Source of the DNA: an uncultured Acidobacteriota bacterium
GTDB taxonomy: Bacteria; Acidobacteriota; Blastocatellia; Pyrinomonadales; Pyrinomonadaceae
Assembly (NCBI GenBank): GCA_963816985.1
Contig: CAWFMF010000004.1
Span: forward strand, 4,503,106-4,567,105
DNA length: 64,000 nucleotides
Direction of reading: 5' to 3'
Made by a program: the position numbers and the translations under genes
Notes under the pieces: model-generated
What the model saw: the letters and a program-made list of their open reading frames with translations, nothing else
What the model was told of the DNA's origin: nothing
Databases searched by the model: none
In this document: positions 27,176 to 37,034 of the stretch, one piece after another
Position numbering within the stretch: the stretch's first letter is position 1
How the letters are laid out: each line of letters opens with the position of its first letter

Positions 27176-27979
27176 CTACTTCATCTCCTTCCGCGCGAAG
27201 ACGTACTGCGCGGTGAAGTAGAGACCCGTCGAGACCACCAGCATGATGAGGATGGGCACGGGGTCGAGCCGTCCGTAGAGCGAGAGGTCAATGTCGCCCT
27301 CCCCGCTGCGCGTCGCGGCGCTGATGATCATGTCGAAGAGATTCCCGCCGAAGTAGTAGAACATTCCGAGGAGCGAGACGGCCCCGGCGATGACCGCGAT
27401 CCACCACTTCTCGAAGAGCACGGAGAAGAGGAACGTCGCCGAGTAGACCATCAGGCCGATGACCATCGTCCACACCGTCCCGCGCGTCGCGTTGGCGACG
27501 ACGTTAGTAAACGCGCCCCACGAGCCTTCGAACGTCACGTGCGTCGAGCCCGCGACTATCACGCAGTAGACGAATGTCAGCGACGAAAGTATCGAGAGCC
27601 CGACGCACGTCATCGTCTGCACCGCGCCGAGCAGGTACTTGATGAGCAGGACGTGGCCGCGCCTGACGGGCCGCTCGAAGAGGAAAAAGATGCTGCGGTT
27701 GTCCAGTTCCGCCCCGACCGAGCCGACCGCGAAGAAGGCGAGCAGGAAGAGCCCCGCCGTAATCAGGAAGACCGACTGCGCGATGAGCGCGAATTCCAGA
27801 ACTTGCCCCGCAATCGCGTCGCTCATCGCCCGGAGGTCGAACTGCACGCTGTCCTCCAAAGTGATGACGAGCCCCGCGAGGAAGAGCGGGCCGTGGAAGG
27901 CCACGGCGAAGGCCAGCCACTTCCAGCGCGTCTCGCGCCATTCCTTCCAGAGCATCGCTTTAATCATCTCTCGGTTCAC
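27176..27979 (-). CDS. ABC-2 type transporter permease
   Basis: 267 aa with 6 hydrophobic helices. Overlaps the ATPase gene by 4 nt. Confidence 0.8.
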   Translation of the reverse strand: MNREMIKAMLWKEWRETRWKWLAFAVAFHGPLFLAGLVITLEDSVQFDLRAMSDAIAGQVLEFALIAQSVFLITAGLFLLAFFAVGSVGAELDNRSIFFLFERPVRRGHVLLIKYLLGAVQTMTCVGLSILSSLTFVYCVIVAGSTHVTFEGSWGAFTNVVANATRGTVWTMVIGLMVYSATFLFSVLFEKWWIAVIAGAVSLLGMFYYFGGNLFDMIISAATRSGEGDIDLSLYGRLDPVPILIMLVVSTGLYFTAQYVFARKEMK

Positions 27980-28944
27980 TGGTTCGCCCTCCGCTCCCGT
28001 TCCGCCCGGACGGTGCTCACGAAAATCTCTTCGAGCGAGATCGGCAGAACCTCCGGCTCGCTCACGCCGCGCACGCCCAAAGCGCGCATCGTCTCGTCGC
28101 CCCAGCCCTTCACGGTTAGGACCTGCTCGTGCCGCCCGTTCTCGACGCCGAGCAGGCCGGGCACGCCCGCCAGCTCCGGCCTCGTCCCGTTCGTCGCGTA
28201 GCGGATGCGCTTGTAGGAAGCCTTGATGTCGTCAATCGAGGAAGTCAGGAGCAGCTCGCCGTCGTTGATGATGCCGACGTAATCGGCGACCCGCTCGACC
28301 TCCTCGACGATGTGCGACGAGAAGAGCACGGTCTTCCCTTCTTCGCTGATCTCCGAGACGATGTTCTCGATGAAGTCGCGGCGCACGATGGGGTCGAGCC
28401 CGGAAGTCGGCTCGTCGAGGATGATGAGTTCCGGGTTGTACGAAAGCGCCAGCAGCAGGCACACGCGCGCGCGGTTGCCGCGAGACAGTTGCTTGATTTT
28501 TTTGTCCGGCGGGAGGCTGAAGCGCTTCACAAGGTGCTCGGCCTTCTCGTCGTCCCACGTCGAGTGGAAGGCGCGCGTGAACTTGATGGCCTCCGCCACG
28601 GTCATCCACTCGTAGAGGTAGCGGTTCTCGGAGACGTAGGCGACGCGCTGGCGTATCTCGATGAGGTCTTCCGCGAGCGTGCGGCCAAGGACGCGCACGA
28701 CGCCGGTGGTCGGGCGGAGGTGGCCGACGATCATCTTGATGATGGTGGATTTGCCCGCCCCGTTGATGCCGAGGAGGCCGAAGACCGTGCCCCTCTGAAC
28801 GTTTAAGTTGACGCCCCGCACGGCGTCGAATGTGCCGAACATGCGACCGAGGTTCTCGGTCTCGATGGCGTTGTCGCCGAATTCAAAGTTGTCGTTCGCG
28901 CTCATAATTTTCTCTGGCCTTCGAAAGCCCCTCGCCGGTCTCAC
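27976..28944 (-). CDS. ABC transporter ATP-binding protein
   Basis: Walker A GINGAGKST, signature LSRGNRARV, Walker B ILDEPTSGLD. Confidence 0.9.
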   Translation of the reverse strand: MRPARGFRRPEKIMSANDNFEFGDNAIETENLGRMFGTFDAVRGVNLNVQRGTVFGLLGINGAGKSTIIKMIVGHLRPTTGVVRVLGRTLAEDLIEIRQRVAYVSENRYLYEWMTVAEAIKFTRAFHSTWDDEKAEHLVKRFSLPPDKKIKQLSRGNRARVCLLLALSYNPELIILDEPTSGLDPIVRRDFIENIVSEISEEGKTVLFSSHIVEEVERVADYVGIINDGELLLTSSIDDIKASYKRIRYATNGTRPELAGVPGLLGVENGRHEQVLTVKGWGDETMRALGVRGVSEPEVLPISLEEIFVSTVRAERERRANQ

Positions 28945-29348
28945 TTGCCGACGGGCTCGGCCTCCCGCGACTGGATGATTCTGTCGAGCACGCGCTCGAA
29001 CGTCTCGCGCAGCTCGTCCTCTCTGAGGCCGAGGTTGACGCCCTCGACCAAAGCTTTTTCAATCAACTCGCTCAAGACCTTGCGGCGTTCGTTCTTCGAC
29101 ATCTCCACTCCCTGACTCGAAACGAACGTCCCCGCGCCCTGCCGCTTGTAGATGATGCCGTCGTATTCGAGGTCGAGGTACGCGCGCGCCACCGTGTTCG
29201 GGTTGACCGTCAACTCCAAGGCCAACTGCCGCACCGAGGGCAGAGGGTCTTCCGGCAGCAGCCGCCCCATGGCGATGCTGGTCTTTATCTGATTGACGAT
29301 CTGCACGTAAATCGGCAGGCCGCTCGCCGGGTCAATCGAAATGAACAA
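28941..29348 (-). CDS. GntR family transcriptional regulator (YtrA-like, short)
   Basis: 135 aa. wHTH LPSVRQLALELTVNPNTVARAY. TTG start preceded by GGGAAGAG. Overlaps the ABC ATPase gene by 4 nt. Confidence 0.85.
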   Translation of the reverse strand: MFISIDPASGLPIYVQIVNQIKTSIAMGRLLPEDPLPSVRQLALELTVNPNTVARAYLDLEYDGIIYKRQGAGTFVSSQGVEMSKNERRKVLSELIEKALVEGVNLGLREDELRETFERVLDRIIQSREAEPVGK

Positions 29349-29367
29349 GCTCTTCCCTCACCGCCGC

Positions 29368-29391
29368 ACTGTATCAGTCAATTAATACAGT
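29368..29391. promoter_or_regulatory. candidate GntR operator palindrome
   Basis: ACTGTAT-cagtcaatta-ATACAGT. A perfect 7-bp inverted repeat 20 bp upstream of the gntR start. Confidence 0.4.
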
Positions 29392-29503
29392 AAACACAGA
29401 TACGGGGCAAGTCAAGAGAGGGTTTCAAAAAAATTTCGGAGCCAAAAAAAGGGCTGGGGCGAGGCCGGGGGGTGGAAAAGCACGCCCCAGATGGCATTTT
29501 CCA

Positions 29504-29532
29504 TTGACATTCGGGGCGGTTTGAAATAAAAT
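29504..29532 (+). promoter_or_regulatory. near-consensus sigma-70 promoter for the S1 protease gene
   Basis: TTGACA, 17 nt, TAAAAT, in a locally AT-rich stretch about 150 nt upstream of the 29687 start. Confidence 0.4.
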
Positions 29533-29686
29533 GTCGCGCTTGCCCAGATACTAATAGCCTCACAAATAAACCCTGAACGGTCATGCGGTCGAAAGAAAAT
29601 TCGGCCCATCCTCGCGATGACCTTGGATACGCGCGCCTTTGAGCGGCACAAGTCAACGCAACTTCCTCGGATTAAGGAGCCCACCT

Positions 29687-30805
29687 ATGCTCAAACGGAA
29701 ACTGTTTTGGGTCACGATGATCACTCTGGCGGCGCTCGTCTGCGCCCCCTCCTTCACCATCCCCAGCCGGGCCGACAACGGTCCCAACCACCGGGTCAGG
29801 AATCTGAACTTCGGCGTCTCAGGCGGTAACGTCAACGATAGCACCCGGCGCTTCTGTTGCAGTGGCACGCTCGGCGCGCTCCTCGTTGACAACACCGGGA
29901 CGCAGTACATCCTCAGCAACAATCACGTCCTCGGCCTCAGCGGGTCAGCCGTTGCAGGTCAGGACATTTCGCAGCCGGGCCTGATTGACAGCAACTGCCA
30001 GATCGCGACCGTCGTCGCCGACTTCACGCTGGCCCCGGCGCTCGAACCCTCGAACGTGGACGCCGGCATCGCTCAACTCCGCATCGGCACGATGAATCCG
30101 ACCGGCTTCATCGAGGATATCGGCGTGCCGAGCGGCACGACCGTCAACCCGGCGGTCGGCATGAGCGTCGCCAAGAGCGGGCGCACTACGGGGTTCACGA
30201 CCGGCTCCATCGGCTCGGTCAACACCACCGTCAACGTGCAATACACGGCGAGCTGCGGCGGCGGCAAGAAGTTCACCGTCAACTACACGAATCAGGTGAT
30301 CATCAACAGCAGCACCTTCAGCGCGGGCGGCGACTCAGGCTCCCTCATCGTGACCAACAACAGCGCGCACAACCCGGTCGCGCTGCTCTACGCGGGGAGC
30401 AGCAGCACGACCATCGCCAACCCCATTAACGAAGTCCTCACGCGGCTCAGCAGCGCGCTCAGCCGTCCGCTTAGCTTCGTCGGCTCAGGCGGTGGCGCTT
30501 TTGCCGAGGTCTTCGACACTTCATCCGAGGGTCTCCGGCCCTTCCTGCCGGAGGTGGCACAGATGGCTGAACTACCCGAACAGGCGGTCGAGCACGCGGG
30601 CCAAGTGCTCGATATGCACCGCAACGATCTGATGTCGCGCCCGTCGGTGCTCGGCGTCGGCGTCGGTCGCTCGGACTCGAATGAGGCCGAGGCGGCCATC
30701 ATCATTTATGTGGACAAGACGGCGGGCGCTCGGCAGCCGTTGCCGAAGAGCCTCGACGGTCTGCGCGTACAGGTCGTCCACACCGATCCTTTCGTCGCCT
30801 TCTAG
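29687..30805 (+). CDS. secreted trypsin-like serine protease (S1 family)
   Basis: Signal peptide MLKRKLFWVTMITLAALVCAPS, His in NNHVLG, catalytic GGDSGS. AGGAGC RBS. The ORF-track start at 29639 is unlikely. Confidence 0.65.
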   Translation: MLKRKLFWVTMITLAALVCAPSFTIPSRADNGPNHRVRNLNFGVSGGNVNDSTRRFCCSGTLGALLVDNTGTQYILSNNHVLGLSGSAVAGQDISQPGLIDSNCQIATVVADFTLAPALEPSNVDAGIAQLRIGTMNPTGFIEDIGVPSGTTVNPAVGMSVAKSGRTTGFTTGSIGSVNTTVNVQYTASCGGGKKFTVNYTNQVIINSSTFSAGGDSGSLIVTNNSAHNPVALLYAGSSSTTIANPINEVLTRLSSALSRPLSFVGSGGGAFAEVFDTSSEGLRPFLPEVAQMAELPEQAVEHAGQVLDMHRNDLMSRPSVLGVGVGRSDSNEAEAAIIIYVDKTAGARQPLPKSLDGLRVQVVHTDPFVAF

Positions 30806-30840
30806 CCCACGCGCGCCGCGCGCATGAACATGAAAAAGGC

Positions 30841-30886
30841 GGGCCTGACTCTAAGTGTCAGGCCCGCCTTTTTTTGTCGCTCGCCG
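30841..30886. terminator. bidirectional intrinsic terminator
   Basis: aaaaaggcgggcctgac-tctaag-tgtcaggcccgcctttttttg, between the convergent protease and flotillin genes. Confidence 0.85.
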
Positions 30887-30904
30887 GTTCGAGTGGGCTC
30901 TCCG

Positions 30905-33103
30905 TCAGACGCCCGTCTTCGTGCCGTTGCCGGCTGGCTGCTCGACGCCGAGCCGTTCGCGGAAGAGGTTGAGCAGGAGGAGCGTGCCGATGTTGCCCGC
31001 CCCGTCGCCCGTGCCGCCGGAGGACATCACGTCGGGCGTGATGCGGACGCCCTTCTCGCCGATGACCCTTAAGGTCTCGACGAGCGCGACGCCCTGCTGG
31101 CCGAGCGCGTTGACCTGCTCGTGGTAGGCGACGCCCTGCGCCTCGCCCATCAGACGCACCTTCTCGGCCTCGGCCTTACCCGTGGCGAGGATGTAGTGCG
31201 CCTCGCCGTCAGCCTCGGCCTTACGCTGCTCGGAGCGTTTTCCTGCAATCTCAACGCCGACCGTCGCCGCCATCAGGTCTTTCTGGTTGTCGGCGTGCGC
31301 CCTCGTCCTTTCGAGTTGGATGCGCTTGTCCTCGGCCTCGCGCTGCGCGTTGTACATGCTCTGGCGCTGCTCGGCGAGGATTTTCTCGGTCTGCGTCTTC
31401 ATCAGCTCTTCGGGCAGGTGGATGTGGCAGATGAGGACGTTGACGACATCAACGTGGTACTTCAGGAGGTGCATGCGGACGCGGGCCTCGGCGCGCTCCT
31501 GCTCTTCGTGGCGGTTTTGGAGGTAGGCCATCGCCGAAGACTCCGACGCCTGATTGCGGAAGATGGAGTCAATCAGCGGGTGCATGACGTTCTGGATGAG
31601 CTTGTCGGTGTTGCCGATCTTGGCGACCATGAAGGGCGCGTCTTCGGGCTTGACGCGGAAGACGACGCGGACTTCGAGCTTCATGGTGAAGCCGTCCTTC
31701 GAGATGACCTCGAAGGGGTCGAAGGTGTTGTCCACGTCCTCCGCCGTCCACTCGACCGTCATGTTGGTGGTCGGGATGACGATGGGCGTCATCGCTAAGG
31801 TGTTGATGTAGTACTTGCCGGGGCCGACGACCGACTCCTGTATGCCGCGGAAGCCTTCGGGGACGACGTAGGCCTCGTGCGCGCCCTGATCGAGCCTTTG
31901 GTCGGCGGGGTCGTTGGCGATGAGTTCTTCCTGAATCTCGTTGAGGCGGCGGTTCTCGCCTTCGAGCTTGTCGAGCCGCGCGGCGGCTTTCGAGACCTGA
32001 TCCCTCTCCTCTTGTTCGAGCCGCTCGCGCACCTTATTCGCCATCTCGCGGCGGATGTCTTCGGTCGGGTCTTTGCCGATGTTCGAGACGATAACGGCGA
32101 CCTCGCCGGGCTTCACCTCGCGCGCCGTTTCGGGGATGAGCTTGAAGACGAGCGGGTTGATGTAGTAAGTGCCGGGCAGGAGGATGTCCTTCTGCGGCCC
32201 GCGCTGCCCGCCCTTGCTGATGAACTCGTTGCAGTCCTGAAAGTTGTCGTGCCCTTCGATTGGCATGGCGACGTAGTCGCGCGGGTCGAGCGGTGCGCCG
32301 TCGAGCGCTTCGACGAGCCCAATCTGGTTCTCGTCAATCACCGTCGCGTCGTAGAGGCGGATGAAGAAGAGCCCCGGCTTCGGGTCGCCGCCCTCGACGG
32401 GCAAGGACTGCGTGTGGATGCGGTAGGTGCCGGGCGTCAGGATTTCGACCTGCGGCCCCTTCTGGCCCTTGTTGGCGATGAATTGCTCGGCGTCCTGATA
32501 GTTGCGGTGGCCTTCGACGGCCTTGCCGTGCAAACGCCCGGCGTCGAGCTGGTCGCCGTCGGACGCGGTGATGATGCCGACTTTGCCCGGAGGCACAACC
32601 GTCGTCTTGGTAATCGAGATGCGGAAGAGGTACGGGTGAATCGGCCACAGGCCCGGCGGCAGCGTCCGCAGTTGCATGCCCTTGACGCCCCCCTGCTTGA
32701 TGAAGGCGATGGGGTCTTGGAAATTGTTGTGCGCGTTCTGCGCGCGGTCGGGCGCGAAGTTTCTTCCGGGCGGCATCGGCTCGCCGTCCACAGCATCAAC
32801 GATGCCCAGCTCGTCGGGGCCGATCTCGATGAGCGGCACTTTGCGGACGACGCTCTCGAAGGGCCACTTGATGAAGTGGAGTCCGGGCTTGAGCACGTCG
32901 GCCTGAATGCCGACCTCGCCTTCGGTGGCGACGACGCGTCCGGGCGGCATCTTCGCGCCGAGGTAGCGCCGCTCCTTGATGGCGATCTCGCGCGCGCCGA
33001 CGTTGGCGAAGATGCGATTCAGCACGATCAGGAGGAAGACGAGCAGGACGACCCCTACGACGAGGTACGGAAGCGAATCTGTCAGCATTTCGTTCATGGT
33101 CAA
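30905..33103 (-). CDS. SPFH/band-7 flotillin-like protein with N-terminal tandem repeats
   Basis: 732 aa.
- N-terminal TM helix
- three to four repeats of about 75 aa sharing DG.P...G.H.NFQD...FI.KGGQ.GPQ...L.PGTY.I
- C-terminal SPFH plus a coiled-coil flotillin region (RQSMYNAQREAEDKRIQLERTRAHA...). Confidence 0.8.
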   Translation of the reverse strand: MTMNEMLTDSLPYLVVGVVLLVFLLIVLNRIFANVGAREIAIKERRYLGAKMPPGRVVATEGEVGIQADVLKPGLHFIKWPFESVVRKVPLIEIGPDELGIVDAVDGEPMPPGRNFAPDRAQNAHNNFQDPIAFIKQGGVKGMQLRTLPPGLWPIHPYLFRISITKTTVVPPGKVGIITASDGDQLDAGRLHGKAVEGHRNYQDAEQFIANKGQKGPQVEILTPGTYRIHTQSLPVEGGDPKPGLFFIRLYDATVIDENQIGLVEALDGAPLDPRDYVAMPIEGHDNFQDCNEFISKGGQRGPQKDILLPGTYYINPLVFKLIPETAREVKPGEVAVIVSNIGKDPTEDIRREMANKVRERLEQEERDQVSKAAARLDKLEGENRRLNEIQEELIANDPADQRLDQGAHEAYVVPEGFRGIQESVVGPGKYYINTLAMTPIVIPTTNMTVEWTAEDVDNTFDPFEVISKDGFTMKLEVRVVFRVKPEDAPFMVAKIGNTDKLIQNVMHPLIDSIFRNQASESSAMAYLQNRHEEQERAEARVRMHLLKYHVDVVNVLICHIHLPEELMKTQTEKILAEQRQSMYNAQREAEDKRIQLERTRAHADNQKDLMAATVGVEIAGKRSEQRKAEADGEAHYILATGKAEAEKVRLMGEAQGVAYHEQVNALGQQGVALVETLRVIGEKGVRITPDVMSSGGTGDGAGNIGTLLLLNLFRERLGVEQPAGNGTKTGV

Positions 33104-33105
33104 CC

Positions 33106-33901
33106 TCAGTGAGAAGCCTTCTCTCGGTCGGCTTCTGCGGATGGTGGGATTTCGCGCCGGGCCGTTTCTTTCAGCCCACGGCGCAAGTCGGCGAGCGTTC
33201 CTTTAAGGACGAAGCCCGTCCCCGAACGCCTCGCGTCGGATGAGAGCAGCCAGTATTCCCCCTCGAAGAGTGCGTCGAGCGCGGCGGCGTCGAGCCCTTG
33301 CAGACGCCCTTCCGTCCAGACGTGGAAGATTGTTTCGACCGCCGTTTGAAACGTCGCGGCGTCATCTGAAAGAGCAGCGACGCGCAGAAGCTCCGGCACG
33401 GATGAGCCCTTCGGGTCTGCGGCCCAGACTTCCGTGAGCTTCGCGGCGAGCGCGGGGCTAGAGCGCAGTTGGTCGCTGCGGGCGATGAGACTCGAAAGGT
33501 CGCGCAGGGCTTTGTCTTCTCCGGCCCCGGCGCGCGCGGCGAGCGCGTCTAAAATTTCGCGGTAGAGCGCGGCGTCGCCCGTCGGCGTGCGCGTCCGAGA
33601 GCGCGGTCAGGTCGCCTCCGGCGGCTCGCGCCAGAAGGCCCGCGCGGTGCGCTTCCGCCGCTTCTCTCGCGGCCTCGGCTTCGGCGGCCCGGCGTCCGGC
33701 CTCGGTCTCGGCGAAGAGACCTTGATACTGTGGCTCCGGCGGAAGGCGTTCGGCCTCTCGGAAAGACGGCGAGCGTTTCGAGCGGAGGATGCTGAGAGAA
33801 GCTGCGACGAGTAGGAAAATCGAGATGATAAGAATGGCGCTCAACATTACGCCTCTGCGCCCGGCGTCTCCGGTTTCGGGGGAAACGGGCTTTAAAATCA
33901 T
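33106..33901 (-). CDS. hypothetical membrane-anchored Ala/Leu-rich protein, apparently frameshifted near 33590
   Basis: Frame A (33458..33901) gives a TM helix then ...TALSDAHADG and then turns Arg-rich junk. Frame B continues seamlessly as DAALYREILDALAARAG...ELLRVAALSDD... to the stop at 33106. Confidence 0.4.
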
Positions 33902-34011
33902 CCCGGCCCCGAACCGCGCTCCCGAACGCTGTCCGAGGATATTATACGCGGCCCGGATTTGAAAGTTCTGCGGGCAGGTCGGGGCGGGCCGAGGGCGGAT
34001 TTCCGGTTTTT

Positions 34012-34086
34012 AAAACAGTACCGCGAGCGGTAGCGAGCGGGTTGACGATAACTAAGCTCAACCCGCTCGCTACCGCTCGCGGTACG
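34012..34086. repeat. REP-like palindromic element, family B (copy B2)
   Basis: cagtaccgcgagcggtagcgagcgggttgacgataactaagctcaacccgctcgctaccgctcgcggtacg. Same arms as B1. Confidence 0.75.
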
Positions 34087-34097
34087 TCTGTGCGGTC

Positions 34098-36790
34098 TCA
34101 GAAACTCTTGCGGAACAGATAAGAGGCTTTGATGAAGAACGTCCGCTCGTAGCGTTGGAGGCCGTCGTCGAACCTGCCGTTGAAGCGGTGGAAGCCGCTG
34201 ACGGTCACGTCGTCGTTGTAGCCGACGTAGAAGGAGGTGCCGGGGTTCGGCGTCCAACCGAGGAGGAACTGGCCGCGCGCGCGCTTCGGGAGCGTCTCGT
34301 AGTCCACCCGCGCCCGCGCGAAGAGGAAGCGCGTGAACTGGTAGGTCGAGCGCAGGGAGATGAGGTTCACGTCGAAGGCGACGCGCTCCGTGTCGTAGCG
34401 GCGCAAGCGGTTCTTCGTGTAGTCGAGCTGCACGTTCAACTCGTTCTTCGGCTGGTAGACGAACGTCGAGCGGAACTCCCAGAGGCCGCCGGGGCCGGGG
34501 TCGAGCGGCGCGCCCTGTCCGAGCAGGAGCGCGGCGGGGCTCACGCGCGGGAAGCGTCGGCCCGCACCGAAGTCGTAGTCGAGGTGGCCGTCGCGGTAGA
34601 CGAGCCGGGCCGAGAGGTTGTACTTCTTCGAAGGGCGGACGCCGCCGTAGAGGAAGTAATGATTCTTCGTCGAGGAGCGTTCGTCGTCGCCGCCGAAGAA
34701 GGTGCAGACGGGGATACGTCGCTCCTCGTCTTCGTCGGTCGAAGGGTCGTCGGGGACGAGCGGCGGAAGCGTGCCCGTCTGGTCGCACTGCGGAAGAAGA
34801 GCGGCCCTCTCCGCGCCGACGATTCCGGCGACCGTCCGAGAGTTCGCGCCGCGCGTCGCGCCGAACTCCTCCTCGAAGACGCGCTCGTAGGCGTACTCGT
34901 AGCCGCCGCCGATGTAGGAGTTGCGCTGGAAGCCGATCTCCGTGTTGAACTCGCTCTCCCAGATTTGCATCCGCCGTTGGAAGTCGTAATCAATGTGCGT
35001 GAAGTTGTGGAAGTGCTTACGGACGATCTTCGCCTTCTGGTTCGGGTCGGAGTTGTAGCCGAGGAAGACGCTGTTGAAGTTGGTGTTGGTGCGCCCGTAG
35101 AAGCCCACGTCCACGGCGTAGCCGCGCGTCTGGCCTTCGCCGTAAAGCTCGAAAGACCAGTTGCGCCCCTGACGGTAAAGCGTCGCGACGTAGCCGAGCC
35201 CGGCGCGCTGCTCGTCCACGTCGGCCCCGCGTTCGGGGTCGAAGAAGGGCGTGTGCGAGTTCGTGCCGAGCAGTTGGAAGGTGAGGGTCGTCATCTTGTC
35301 GAGGCGGAAGCGACCGTCAACCCCGGCGGTGTGATTGTAATGGTCAACGAAGTTGTAGGTCGTGGCGATGAGCCCGATGCTGTGCTCGCGCCCCACGTCG
35401 CGCTTGAGGCGCAAGACGCCGATGGTCGCGTTCTTGTCCAAGACCTTCGTCAACTGCTCGCGCCTTGATGTGGAGCCGCCCACGTCGTTGAGGAAGGCGC
35501 GGTCGTCGAAGTTGAGGTTGCCGGGGCCGTTGTCGGAGGCGAACATCACGCCGTAGGTGTTGCGTCCGCGTTTGCCTGAGAGCTTCAAGGCGAGGTCTGG
35601 GTCAACGATGGCGCGCGTGTGGACGACCGTCAGCGGCGTGTTGAAGATTTCGATGCCTTCGAGGAAGAAGGGCCGCTTCTCGGCGAAGAAGATGGGGAAG
35701 CGTTGGTTGGTGGTGACGACGAGCGAGTCGGCCTCGACCTGCGCGAAGTCGGGGTTGACGGCGAGGTCGAGCGTCATCGCCGAGGAGACGACGAGCTTCG
35801 CCGTCAGTCCGGGGTCGAGCGCGACGGGCTCGTTGACGAAGGCCCCGGCGTCCACGATGCCGCGCCCGCGCGAGGGGTCTGTGCGGACGAGTCGCCCGGT
35901 CTCCGAGACGGTCAGGCTCGGAATGAGTTCGAGCGTGCGCTCGGTCGAGATGCCTTCGAGCCCGGTGAGGCGACCGGCCTGATTCATCGTCCCCGATTCC
36001 GCGCGCGACATGGGCATCCAAGAGTCTATCTCGTCGCTGTTGCGGTCAATGTTGCGCCACGCGTGGATGCCCCAGAATTTGCCCTTGCCCGCCTCGTAGC
36101 GCAGAGACTTGAAGGGCACGGCGACCTCGACGATGTAGCCGTCGCTCGTCAGCATCCCCTTCGACTCCATCACGATGTCAACGCTGTAGTCCACGCCGCC
36201 GCTTTCGGTGTGAATCCCGTCCTGCTGCACGCCGAGCGGGTTGAAGCCGAGGACGTATGCCTTGCGCTGGTCGTTGAAGGTGTCGAGCAGGACGCGGACG
36301 TTGTCTTCGCCGAAGACGTTGTCGCGCCGCGCGACCGTGGCGCGCACCTTCGAGGGGTCGTCGAAGGCGCGGAAGGCCATGTAGAGGAACTTGCTGTCGT
36401 AGCCGATGAGGAATTCCGTGGGGGCCGTCGGCGCGATGTTGTCGCCGGGGTTGGTCTGGTAGAAGTCCTTCAAGACGGCGGCCTGCTTCCAGACCTCTTC
36501 GTCGAGCTTGCCGTCAATGACCGGCGGGGCGTCGAAGCGCGGGACGCGGACGGGCTGCGCCTTTTCGGGCGGCAGGGTCACGCCGCCCCTGACCTCTGTC
36601 TTGGGCGCGGGAGCGGCGGCGTTCGCGGGGGCGGCAGCGGTCACGGGCGCGGCGTTCGCCGGCGCGGGCGTCGGCGAGACCGAAGCGAGCTGCGCGTGGG
36701 CCGGGGCGGCGCAGGCGAGGAGACACAGAGAGCGCAGCAGCGAACGCGCTCCGGCATTGACGAGTTGTTTTTTCAAGGCGGCTCTTATCA
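34098..36790 (-). CDS. DUF5916 / carbohydrate-binding-family-9-like domain protein (secreted)
   Basis: About 900 aa with a signal peptide (LLRSLCLLACAAPAHAQ). Long beta-rich body. Start ambiguous (TTG at 36777, GTG at 36790, ATG at 36833). Confidence 0.65.
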
Positions 36791-37034
36791 CTTTGCAGCG
36801 AGGTATGGGGTCGGCCTCTCCGAACTTCACCATCGGGGTTAAGGGTTCGGAGAGGCCGACTCCTTATGAAAGGAGTATGTAATTAACATGAGCGACTGAA
36901 CGGGGAGGAAAGTTATGACTTGAATGAGCCCGAACTTCGGGCCGACTTTATGAAAGCCGACGGCCCCGGAGAAAACCAACCAGCCTTGTACGGCTCAGGC
37001 GGCGCGAAGGTTGCGAGGAATTTCGGCGAGGCGT

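Noticed and set aside
31877-33112. Plus-strand 411-aa ORF antisense to the flotillin gene
   Set aside because: Composition artefact. The flotillin strand has SPFH homology.
34155-36842. Plus-strand ORFs 34155..35468 and 35619..36842, and the minus-strand Arg-rich ORF 33898..34788
   Set aside because: Antisense or wrong-frame relative to the DUF5916 gene. Arg/Gly-rich junk composition.
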